DNA of 64,000 nucleotides from Patescibacteria group bacterium (GTDB lineage: Bacteria; Patescibacteriota; Patescibacteriia; UBA2591; UBA4787), in contig JAQUSN010000001.1 in the NCBI GenBank assembly GCA_028715115.1, positions 67,314 through 131,313 on the forward strand, in the 5' to 3' direction. The notes under the pieces are model-generated. The model ran no database searches. It was not told where the DNA came from and saw only the letters and a list, made by a program, of their open reading frames with translations. Position 1 is the first letter of the stretch, and every line of letters starts with the position of its first letter. The translations under genes were made by a program, and so were the position numbers. Positions 19,894-28,639 of the stretch are shown here, one piece after another.

Positions 19894-20049
19894 ACCAGGT
19901 AGTAAAAATTTGATGTTTCTTAATTAGTGCGATTTATTTGCACGGGTTAAAAAATAATAATTTAATCGATTTAAAATAAACCAGCCAAGATAGTACGAAG
20001 CTAAAAGCACTATCAAACTTCTACTACCTGGCATAAATTATCTTGTATT

Positions 20050-21636
20050 TTAGGCTAAGCTGGTACCAGTCATTTCCGGCGACTTAGGCAAACCCATTAA
20101 TTTTAAGATGGTCGGCGCCACATCGGCCAAAACGCCGCTCGGCGTTAAAGCGCTTAAATCAACGGGCTGATCCAAATGCGGCGACAACTCAAAATCATTA
20201 CCTACTATAATAAAGGGTACTGGACTGGTTGAATGTTCTTTGTTTATTTCGCCATTGCGCAAATTGACCATTTCCTCAATATTGCCATGATCAGCAGTAA
20301 TTAAGGCCACACCGCCCTGCTTTAAAACTTGCAATAAAATTTTGCCCAATTCTTCATCAACTACCTGCAGGCTTTTTTGCGCAGCCTCTAGATTGCCAGT
20401 GTGGCTGACCATATCAGCATTGGCAAAATTAACTACGACAAAATCATAGACCCCTAAATCCAAGGCCTTAATGACAGCTGCTGAAATTTCTGACGCAGCC
20501 ATGGCTGGTTTTTGATCAAAAGAAGAAATTCGCGGCGAAGGAATCAACAATCGGTCTTCTTGTTTAAACGGTTTTTCCGCGCCACCATTAAAGAAAAAAG
20601 TTACATGGGCATATTTTTGCGTTTCGGCTACATGAAGCTGCCGCCAGCCAGCATCGCTAATAATTTTTGCCAAAGGCTGCTCTACCCTTTCCGGAGGAAA
20701 GGCGACTTGAACCGGCAAGCCCGGTTCATATTCGGTCATAGTAACAAAGAATGAATCAGCTAATAATTTGGCGCGAGTAAAATTCTTAAAATTCAAAACG
20801 GTTATGGCGCGAGTAAGTTGTCGCATTCTTTCTGGTCGAAAATTAAAGAAAATTACCGCATCTTTATCGTCAATTGTGGTGATCGGCTGATTTTTTTCAT
20901 CGACAATAACCGTGGGTAAAAATTCTTCATCAAAAATTTTCTGCTCATAAGAATCTAAAACCGCCTGTATTGGATTTTGGCTTGTTTTATCAGCCTTGCC
21001 ATTGATCATAGCTTCATAGGCTTTTTGCGTTCTATCCCAATAATTATCTCTGTCCATGGCATAAAAACGGCCGCAAAGGGTGGCGATCTTACCGCAACCT
21101 AGGCGCTGGCACTTATCTTGTATTTGTTTAATAAACGACTCGCCAATATTAAAAGCCGTATCTCGACCATCTAAAATAGCATGAACAAAAACATTACTAA
21201 GATCATGACTTTTAGCTAAATCCAATAAAGCAGATAGATGTTCGAGTGAAGAGTGAACCGCGCCGTTAGAAGTTAAACCAATTAAATGTAATTTTGAATT
21301 ATTTTTTTTGACTGATTCAATAGCTTTTATAAAAGCGGAGTTTTTAAAAAACTCTCCATCGGCTATGGATCTATTTATTTTAGGTAAACTTTGCCAAACG
21401 ATTTTACCGGCGCCTAAATTTAAATGTCCGACCTCTGAGTTACCAGCTTCGCCAAAAGGCAAACCAACGGCTTCGCCAGCAGCCTGCAAGGTCCAGGCAG
21501 AATAATTGGTTAAAAGTTTTTGCCAAACCGGCAGATCAGTTAAAGTAACGGCGTTCCCCTGAGAGGGCGCAGCCACGCCCCAACCATCTAGAACAACCAG
21601 AACGACCGGCTTAATTTTAGGTTTAATTTCTTCCAT
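20050..21636 (-). CDS. gpmI: 2,3-BPG-independent phosphoglycerate mutase (copy 2)
   Basis: LDGWG, GNSEVGH, DGRD, GRFYAMDRD and TADHGN. Confidence 0.95.
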   Translation of the reverse strand: MEEIKPKIKPVVLVVLDGWGVAAPSQGNAVTLTDLPVWQKLLTNYSAWTLQAAGEAVGLPFGEAGNSEVGHLNLGAGKIVWQSLPKINRSIADGEFFKNSAFIKAIESVKKNNSKLHLIGLTSNGAVHSSLEHLSALLDLAKSHDLSNVFVHAILDGRDTAFNIGESFIKQIQDKCQRLGCGKIATLCGRFYAMDRDNYWDRTQKAYEAMINGKADKTSQNPIQAVLDSYEQKIFDEEFLPTVIVDEKNQPITTIDDKDAVIFFNFRPERMRQLTRAITVLNFKNFTRAKLLADSFFVTMTEYEPGLPVQVAFPPERVEQPLAKIISDAGWRQLHVAETQKYAHVTFFFNGGAEKPFKQEDRLLIPSPRISSFDQKPAMAASEISAAVIKALDLGVYDFVVVNFANADMVSHTGNLEAAQKSLQVVDEELGKILLQVLKQGGVALITADHGNIEEMVNLRNGEINKEHSTSPVPFIIVGNDFELSPHLDQPVDLSALTPSGVLADVAPTILKLMGLPKSPEMTGTSLA

Positions 21637-21637
21637 A

Positions 21638-23236
21638 CTATTTAGTGATTAACGACTTACCCTTCATGTCCGAGGGCCGCTCAACTCCCATTAAATCTAA
21701 AATAGTTGGCGCCACGTCGGCTAAATTGCCGCCCGGTCTTAGCTCGGCCTTTTTATATTCAGAACTAACCAAAATGCAGGGCACAGGGTTGGTTGAATGT
21801 TGAGTGTCAATTTCATCAGTGGCTAAATTAATCATCTCTTCGGCATTACCATGATCGGCGGTAAGCACCAGGGAACCATTTAATTCCTTTAACTTATCAA
21901 CTATTTTAGCCAAACAGTGATCGGTAAATTCAAGGCCTTTTATGGTGGCCTCTAAATTTCCAGTATGGCCCAACATATCGGGATTAGCAAAATTAATAGC
22001 CATAAAATCAAACTCGGAAATATTTTTTAGAATATTTTTTGTTATTTCGGCCGCGCTCATTTCTGGCTTCAAGTCATAAGATTTAACCTGGGCCGAAGGA
22101 ACCATTAAACGTTGTTCTCCATTGACTGGATGATCGTAACCGCCGTTAAAAAAGAAAGTCATATGCGCGAATTTCTCGCTTTCGGCTAAATATAATTGGC
22201 GATAATTTTTTAAAACAAGAGGTAAGCTATCGGTAATTAAACGGCTGGGATAAGCTGTACGCACCAAATCAAGATCCGGACCAAAATCACTTAAAGCGAT
22301 AAAAAATATTTCCTCTGACCAGCGGCGGCGATGAAAAGAACCGGGATTTTGTTTGTTAAAATCTTTTTGCGTAAACGCTTTAGCTAATTCTCTGGCGCGG
22401 TCAGAACGCAAATTCATAAAAACAACCACATCTTTATCGCCGATGGTTGCGACCGGCTGATTATTCTTACAAATAATGCTAGGCAAAATAAATTCATCTG
22501 TCTCGCTGCGATTATAAGCTTGAACAATGGCCTCTTCGGCTGATCTGACTTTTAGCCCTTCGCCCAAAACCAATAAATTATAAACCTTTGAAATTCTGTC
22601 CCAATCTTTGTTGCGATCCATGGCGTAAAAACGACCGCAAATACTAGCGATTTTTACCTGACCACGGCCGCTTTTATTCACGCCATAATGACTATTATAT
22701 TCGTGGGTATTTCTAAGTTTATTTTCAAAACGGCGAATAATATTAATGGCTGCATGTTGGGGCGAATCTCTGCCGTCGGTAAAAAGATGAAGATAAACTT
22801 CATTAACTTTACGTTGGTCCAAAAAATTCAACATAGCCAGCCAATGTTCAGGCGAAGAATGGGCGCTTTGTTCTTCGGTAATAAGACCCATTAAATGAAT
22901 TTTTGAATGATTTTTTTTAGCGTAGTTAATGCCCTCTAAAAAAATTGGATTCTTCGAAAACGTACCATCTTTGATGCTCTCTGAAATATAAACCGCATCG
23001 GCTTTAACTATGCGACCGGCGCCTAGATTAAGGTGTCCGGCTTCGGAGTTTCCATCTTGCTTAACAGGTAAACCAACGCATTTGCCACTAGCGCATAATT
23101 CTGTGTAGGGGTATTTATTTTTTAAATCTAAAAAGGTCGGGGTCTTAGCTAAAGTAATAGCATTACCGCGCGAAGGCGGCGCCACGCCCCAACCGTCTAA
23201 AATAATAAGAAGTGTCGGACTTGTTTTTTTAGGCAT
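21638..23236 (-). CDS. gpmI: 2,3-BPG-independent phosphoglycerate mutase (copy 1)
   Basis: LDGWG, GNSEAGH, DGRD, DMLGHTG and TADHGNAE. Confidence 0.95.
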   Translation of the reverse strand: MPKKTSPTLLIILDGWGVAPPSRGNAITLAKTPTFLDLKNKYPYTELCASGKCVGLPVKQDGNSEAGHLNLGAGRIVKADAVYISESIKDGTFSKNPIFLEGINYAKKNHSKIHLMGLITEEQSAHSSPEHWLAMLNFLDQRKVNEVYLHLFTDGRDSPQHAAINIIRRFENKLRNTHEYNSHYGVNKSGRGQVKIASICGRFYAMDRNKDWDRISKVYNLLVLGEGLKVRSAEEAIVQAYNRSETDEFILPSIICKNNQPVATIGDKDVVVFMNLRSDRARELAKAFTQKDFNKQNPGSFHRRRWSEEIFFIALSDFGPDLDLVRTAYPSRLITDSLPLVLKNYRQLYLAESEKFAHMTFFFNGGYDHPVNGEQRLMVPSAQVKSYDLKPEMSAAEITKNILKNISEFDFMAINFANPDMLGHTGNLEATIKGLEFTDHCLAKIVDKLKELNGSLVLTADHGNAEEMINLATDEIDTQHSTNPVPCILVSSEYKKAELRPGGNLADVAPTILDLMGVERPSDMKGKSLITK

Positions 23237-23238
23237 AA

Positions 23239-23580
23239 TTAATTAACTAGCGTCTCTTCTTGCTCTGACCGAAAAGGAGGAGTGGCCGTAGCAATCATTT
23301 TTAATTTTCCTTTATAAGTAAACCGGTTATTGTGGGGAATTATTACTAAATCGCCTTTGGCGCACTCTTCTTTGATATTATTAATCAAAAAATAACCGCT
23401 ACCTTCTAAAACATAATAAATAAAATCTGATTCATGCTCTAAAATAGTTGTACCATGACCGGTCTCAGTCTCAATTAAAAAGTAATGCGTTTTGTCGGTT
23501 AAATTTTTAATGGGAAATATTTTACCCTTAATGCCAATTCTTTCGAAGGAAAAATTATCTGGCTCATGAATAACGTGCAT
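23239..23580 (-). CDS. Cupin domain protein
   Basis: HESDFIYYVLEGSG...GDLVIIP. Confidence 0.85.
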   Translation of the reverse strand: MHVIHEPDNFSFERIGIKGKIFPIKNLTDKTHYFLIETETGHGTTILEHESDFIYYVLEGSGYFLINNIKEECAKGDLVIIPHNNRFTYKGKLKMIATATPPFRSEQEETLVN

Positions 23581-23616
23581 AATTTTATATTTTTATAAAA
23601 CTATTTATTAAAATTT

Positions 23617-24879
23617 TTATTTTAATTCTTGCTCAATTTCCAGTAAACGATTATATTTGGCCACTCTTTCGCCGCGATTGGGCGCGCCAGTTTTAATATA
23701 ATCAGCATTAATAGCTACGGCCAAGTCGGCGATGAAATCATCGTTAGGTTCGCCGGCGCGCTGCGAAACAACTATTTTATAGTTATTCTTTTTCGCCTCT
23801 TTAACGCAATTGATTACTTCAGTAATAGTGCCTACTTGATTGGGTTTAATAATCATGGCGTTAGCCGTTGATTCACTCAAGCCGCGCTGTAATCGTTTTA
23901 AATTAGTGCTAAAAATATCATCACCTATAACCGCCGCCCCCGGCCGAATCGATAAAACTTCTTTGGTAAAAATCGGCCAACTCTCCCAATCATCTTCGGC
24001 TAAAGGGTCTTCGATGACTAAAAACGGATATTTTTTAAACCAACTAAGATAAATCTCGATCATTTTTTTGCTTGAATAATTTTTATTCTCAAAACGATAT
24101 TGTTTTTTATTTTCTTGATAAAAAACCGAAGCGGCTACGTCTAGGGCAAAGAAAACTTCTTCACCTAATTTGTAATGCGTATAATTAGAAATATCTATCA
24201 TTAAATCCAGGGCATTCTTGACTGTTTTAGCCCTTGGAGCAAAGCCACCCTCATCTCCCACGGCTGACCTTAGGCCTCTTTTTTCTAGAACCATCCTTAG
24301 AGCACTAAAAATTTCTACTCCCATCCTTAATTTTTCCGCAAAAGTATCGCGAGCTTGCGGAATAATCATAAACTCCTGAACCGCCAAACCGGCATCTGAA
24401 TGTTTACCGCCTTCCATTACTAAAAACATCGGCGTCGGCAAAGAAAAAGTAGTTAAAGGTAAAGAATAGGCGCTACGAATATATTTATAAAGCGGGGTTT
24501 GTTCGTTTAAACTAGCGGCGCGGCAACAAGCCAACGATACACTTAAAATAGCATTAGCGCCTAGTTTGCTTTTATTTTCCGTTCCGTCTAAATCTAGCAT
24601 TTTTTGATCGATCACGGAAAGTTGGTTGATCTCTAGGTCAAGTAAGGTCGGAGCGATTATCTCATTAACATTAGCCACGGCCTTTAAAACGCCTTTTCCT
24701 AAAAACCGATTCGGATCACCATCGCGAAGCTCGACCGCCTCATGGACGCCAGTTGAAGCGCCAGAAGCCACGGCGGCGCGGGCCGTAAGGCCATTGTCCA
24801 AAATAACCTTGGTCTCCACGGTAGGAATGCCGCGTGAATCTAAAATTTCTCGAGCTATAATTTGTTTGATTTTTGCCAT
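23617..24879 (-). CDS. eno: Enolase (divergent active-site motif)
   Basis: EILDSRG, SGASTG, VGDEGGF and IKTGA. SQRAGE replaces SHRSGE. Confidence 0.95.
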   Translation of the reverse strand: MAKIKQIIAREILDSRGIPTVETKVILDNGLTARAAVASGASTGVHEAVELRDGDPNRFLGKGVLKAVANVNEIIAPTLLDLEINQLSVIDQKMLDLDGTENKSKLGANAILSVSLACCRAASLNEQTPLYKYIRSAYSLPLTTFSLPTPMFLVMEGGKHSDAGLAVQEFMIIPQARDTFAEKLRMGVEIFSALRMVLEKRGLRSAVGDEGGFAPRAKTVKNALDLMIDISNYTHYKLGEEVFFALDVAASVFYQENKKQYRFENKNYSSKKMIEIYLSWFKKYPFLVIEDPLAEDDWESWPIFTKEVLSIRPGAAVIGDDIFSTNLKRLQRGLSESTANAMIIKPNQVGTITEVINCVKEAKKNNYKIVVSQRAGEPNDDFIADLAVAINADYIKTGAPNRGERVAKYNRLLEIEQELK

Positions 24880-25020
24880 ATAAAAAATTTTTACTTATAA
24901 TAAATTAATATTTTAACAAAATTTTAAGACTTAATCAAAGAAACGGCCATCAAATTATAACATAAAATAAAATTAAATTAAAGATCTTCTACTATAATTA
25001 ATCAAAAACTAATAAAAAGT

Positions 25021-25052
25021 AAAACGGCCCCAGGTAAAACCCAGGGCCGTTT
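25021..25052 (-). terminator. Hairpin after islet 3
   Basis: AAACGGCCC...GGGCCGTTT followed by T-rich sequence on the minus strand. Confidence 0.75.
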
Positions 25053-25067
25053 CTGCGATTTGGAGGC

Positions 25068-26562
25068 CTAGCGAATAAGGACGAGCCTGACTGGCGGCGA
25101 ACCATCCGAGGTTCTTGCTTCGTAAACGCCATTCGGCGCCGCGAAACCGCCATCGTCTCTTCCATCCCAGAGACGCCCTGATTCTCGTCCAGCAACATGC
25201 CTGACGCACCGGCCGGTAGAGTTATAGATTTTAACCGAGTTGACGCTGGTTAAAAACCTAAACTCCCTGCCAATCGTCGGCTTAACGACCAGCGGCTTTC
25301 CGGCATGGATTAAGGTCGAGCTTTCTTCGATGCCCATGGCTGGCACAACCAGACGAACGCCATAGCCAAGGTGATGAGCCACTTTGTGGCGCCGACCCAC
25401 GGCTATAATCGTATCTCCCCTGGCTATCCAGTCGCGAAGACAGAAACTCGGTAGGAAACTGTCTGATCCATGGAATGTCCAGAGGGTATCTTGATTCGCA
25501 TAGTCGAATGCCACAACCAGGCCGTGGCCAAAGGCGCCGCCACCCTGACCGACTGCTATTACTACGTGCCCGCTGGCCCATTTCTTCAGCCTATACAAAA
25601 CCGAAGGGTTGCCGTATGAGAAGTAGGATTTGGTCCAAAGCGTATCGCCATTTCTTAGGTCAACAGCCATAAACCAGAATCTTCCTTCATCGTAACGCGA
25701 AGTCTTTGCTACCACTAGGGCGATAGTATCATCCAGTTGCTCGACGTCGGCGGCGTCATCGGCCGAATCGGGATTGCCGTAAGTGCGACTCCATAACAGC
25801 TCCCCCGCCGTATCCAAGCGGGTAACAGATATGTCCCAAGCATGCATTTCGTTGGTGTCGGCGACAGTGCCAACAACAATAAAATCGCCATTGGTAAGAC
25901 GCCGCATGCTTCTAACGCTGTCCTTTCTGGCAAGACTATAGGTCCGACGCCAAATCGGAACAGCGTGACAGTTGATCTTCATCAACAGCAGATTGGACAT
26001 GCCGAGTTCTTTGCGGGTAACCGAATCAACCGGACGGTTCTCTCCAGCCACCATGATGTTACTATCGTTGGGCAACATGACTGCGGCTCGGACGTAGTCA
26101 TCGCTCGGGAGTACGGGTAGATGGTAGAAGAAGTTGATGCTGTCGAATCGCTCGTTAACAGCTGCCTGAACCGCGAAAAAGCCGCAGAAAGGATGGTCCC
26201 CCGAGAGGTTCACGCCAACCGCATAGAAAGTATCCCTGTGACTAAATAGCTCACAGGGATCTTCGTGGGTGTAGACGTAGGGGGGCGGAACATTATAGGC
26301 ACGCCGTCCCAATACCTCCCCCTGTGTATTCATCCGGAACAGAGCAACTGGTAGCGTCGCGGCTCCTGGCGGAGTCGGCTCCCAATCAAAAGTACCCAAC
26401 ACTATGAGCTCATTGCCCCAGGGAGCTTCATAGATCCGATAGTACAACGACCCAAGAATGCATGTATCCCGAAACTCCCCCCAGGTTGATAGGCGCTACA
26501 GCCGACGCAGTCGTGGCCAGAAAGACCACGACCAGACAGACGACCATTATCAGGTGTTTCAT
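25068..26562 (-). pseudogene. Secreted beta-propeller-like protein with FlgD-Ig/T9SS-CTD-like tail, frameshifted (islet 3)
   Basis: ATG 26562 with SD TAAGGAGG and a signal peptide. One extra base, most simply in the G6 run at 26477-26482. Repeats WRRTY/WSRTYG/DTLWTKSY. Tail KIYNSTGRCVR..WDGRDDGG..NGVY..RLVLIR. Confidence 0.8.
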
Positions 26563-26658
26563 TTTCTGCCTCCTTAGCAGAGTTTGTTAAAGATCTCCTC
26601 CTGATTGAGCCATAATAGGCCCATGATTCGGTTTTATCGCGTTTTAAAATAATGTCAA

Positions 26659-26961
26659 GCCCATTTAGAACAACTTTACCCCGTTAATCAGGAAGCTGTC
26701 ATTAAAACTAGGCATAAATTAATTTTAATATTCGAGTAGAATATTCCTTTTTAAAAAATAGGGATTAACGGGGATTACTAACTGCCTTTGTTTTGACTTT
26801 AATATATTACTTTAATGCATTAATGTTAACATTTTGACTCATATTTCTACGGCCGTTAAAATGTGAGTCAAAAAACAATTTATGCCATTTATTTACATAT
26901 ATATAAATAAGGGCCATGTTTACGACGTTATAAAAGAGAAATATAAAATTTTCTAACTGGG
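26659..26961. mobile_element. MITE-like inverted-repeat element A with nested IR element (26679-26773)
   Basis: Ends GCCCATTTAGAACAACTTTAC and TAAAATTTTCTAACTGGG are shared with 56661-56804. Non-coding. Confidence 0.55.
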
Positions 26962-27039
26962 TAAAGGTACAATTTTCTGCTATAATAAATAGTATCAAAC
27001 GTACAATTTATAGTATATAACCTATAATATTTAATAAAT

Positions 27040-27126
27040 ATGCGTATTGGCATAGACGCTCGCCCCCGGTCACAAGCAGGGCATGTGAGGGGACGTCGCT
27101 CGTTTAAACCAATTACGTTATCATGA
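27040..27126 (+). pseudogene. 5' remnant of a GT4 glycosyltransferase (MRIGIDAR...)
   Basis: The first 8 codons mirror the start of the next gene, then the sequence is unrelated. Confidence 0.55.
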
Positions 27127-27154
27127 TTAAATAATTAATAATTTGGCTTTGTTT

Positions 27155-27682
27155 ATGAAGATAGGAATAGACGCTCGCTTCTTTGGCCCACAGGGCAAAG
27201 GAATCGGCAGATACACAGAGAAGTTGATTGAATCTTTGGAAAAGCTCGATCAAAACAACGAGTATTTTATCTTTTTAACTAAAGAGGGGTTTGATTTGTA
27301 TGAACCTAAAAACAAGAACTTCCATAAAGTTTTAGCTAATTATCCTTGGTATTCTTTTAAGGAACAATTGCTTTTGCCAAGACTACTAAACCAATATCAT
27401 TTGGATTTGATGCATTTCTTACATTTTAATAAACCACTACTCTACAAAGGAAAGTATGTGGTGACTATACATGATTTGACCTTGTTGGATTTCTCGACAA
27501 AAAAAAACACCCAGGGAAAATCCTGGTGGTGGTTTAAAAATATTATTTTTAAAATCGTCATCAGTCAGTCAATAAAAAGCTCGGAAAGAATTATCGCTGA
27601 CTCGCAATTTATAAAAAACGATCTATTGAAAAGGTTTAAAATACCAGAAGATAAAATTAAGGTTATAGAGTTGGCAGTGTAA
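27155..27682 (+). CDS. Glycosyltransferase family 4, N-terminal domain only (truncated)
   Basis: MKIGIDAR, GIGRY, VVTIHDL and KIKVI. Stops before the C-terminal nucleotide-sugar domain. Confidence 0.8.
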   Translation: MKIGIDARFFGPQGKGIGRYTEKLIESLEKLDQNNEYFIFLTKEGFDLYEPKNKNFHKVLANYPWYSFKEQLLLPRLLNQYHLDLMHFLHFNKPLLYKGKYVVTIHDLTLLDFSTKKNTQGKSWWWFKNIIFKIVISQSIKSSERIIADSQFIKNDLLKRFKIPEDKIKVIELAV

Positions 27683-27691
27683 AAAATAAAT

Positions 27692-27787
27692 CAGGAGCTC
27701 CTTAATTACTGTCGTGGTTGCCATGCGGTTTCTGCCGGTACGACGGGTAGTTTCTTTGACAAAGATCCACAATGTTGGCGCTGCTAA
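27692..27787 (+). pseudogene. C-terminal relic of a radical SAM SPASM domain
   Basis: Startless frame QELLNYCRGCHAVSAGTTGSFFDKDPQCWRC*. Confidence 0.65.
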
Positions 27788-27791
27788 CCCA

Positions 27792-27825
27792 AACAGCGAT
27801 AGTTACCAAAAGTGCTATCGCTGTT
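27792..27825 (+). terminator. Hairpin after SPASM relic
   Basis: AACAGCGATAG...CTATCGCTGTT, 11-bp stem. Confidence 0.65.
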
Positions 27826-27856
27826 CTTTATCTAAAAAATTTACTAAAATATAGGC

Positions 27857-28495
27857 ATGAAATATAATCAAATATATCAAAATAATAATGTTTGGGGACA
27901 ACAACCAAACAGACTCTTACGGAAACTTCATGGCCTCTTTAATATTAGCGGGGGGTTCTTGGATTTGGGCTGCGGGCAAGGAAGGGATTCTTTGTTTATG
28001 CTACAAAAGGGATTCAAGGTAGACGCTGTAGATAATTCTCAAGAAGGCATAAATAAAATAAAAGAGCAAATTCAAGTAAATAATTTACTGCCCACTAACA
28101 TAACTCTATTTTGCGATAGGATTCAAAATTTTAATATTGCGAAAGATAAATATGGCATCATAAATGCTTTCAACTCATTGCAGTTTTTGTCCAAGCAAGA
28201 GGCTTTAAAAATAATTAATAACATTAAAAGTAATATAAAAAACAACGGATATGTTATTATTTCTAGCTTTACTACGAATGATCCACTTTATATAAAAATA
28301 AACAACGATAAACGCTGTTTTTTTGAACCTCAGGAATTAAAAAAAATATTTTCTGACTTTAATATTATTGAATATGAAGAAAAAATTATCGAAGATAAGG
28401 GACACCCCGGCACCCCAAAACCGCACCATCATGGGATTGTAAAATTAATTGCACAAAAGATAAGAAGTATTCCAAACAATAATACTATTATTTAA
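27857..28495 (+). CDS. Class I SAM-dependent methyltransferase (TehB-like)
   Basis: LDLGCGQGRDS and VDAVDNS. Confidence 0.88.
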   Translation: MKYNQIYQNNNVWGQQPNRLLRKLHGLFNISGGFLDLGCGQGRDSLFMLQKGFKVDAVDNSQEGINKIKEQIQVNNLLPTNITLFCDRIQNFNIAKDKYGIINAFNSLQFLSKQEALKIINNIKSNIKNNGYVIISSFTTNDPLYIKINNDKRCFFEPQELKKIFSDFNIIEYEEKIIEDKGHPGTPKPHHHGIVKLIAQKIRSIPNNNTII

Positions 28496-28545
28496 TAATT
28501 CTATTACTAAATATTTTAAAAAAATATTTAACTAAAACTAATTGG

Positions 28546-28572
28546 GGGCCCGCGGCAGGATACCGCGGGCCC
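28546..28572 (-). terminator. Hairpin after islet 4
   Basis: Perfect 10-bp stem GGGCCCGCGG/CCGCGGGCCC. Confidence 0.7.
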
Positions 28573-28639
28573 TTTCTGATCGAAATCGAGCTACGAACCT
28601 CCAGTCGTAGTCGAAGGGATGGTAGATGTCGTCTAGGAA

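Noticed and set aside
26659-26961. Integron attC sites (GTTAGAA/TTCTAAC resemble core sites)
   Set aside because: The order is opposite to attC, there is no internal attC-like stem, and no integrase is in the window.
26807-26998. 63-aa ORF in the AT-rich element A region
   Set aside because: Overlaps the IR element, has low-complexity composition and no recognisable motifs.
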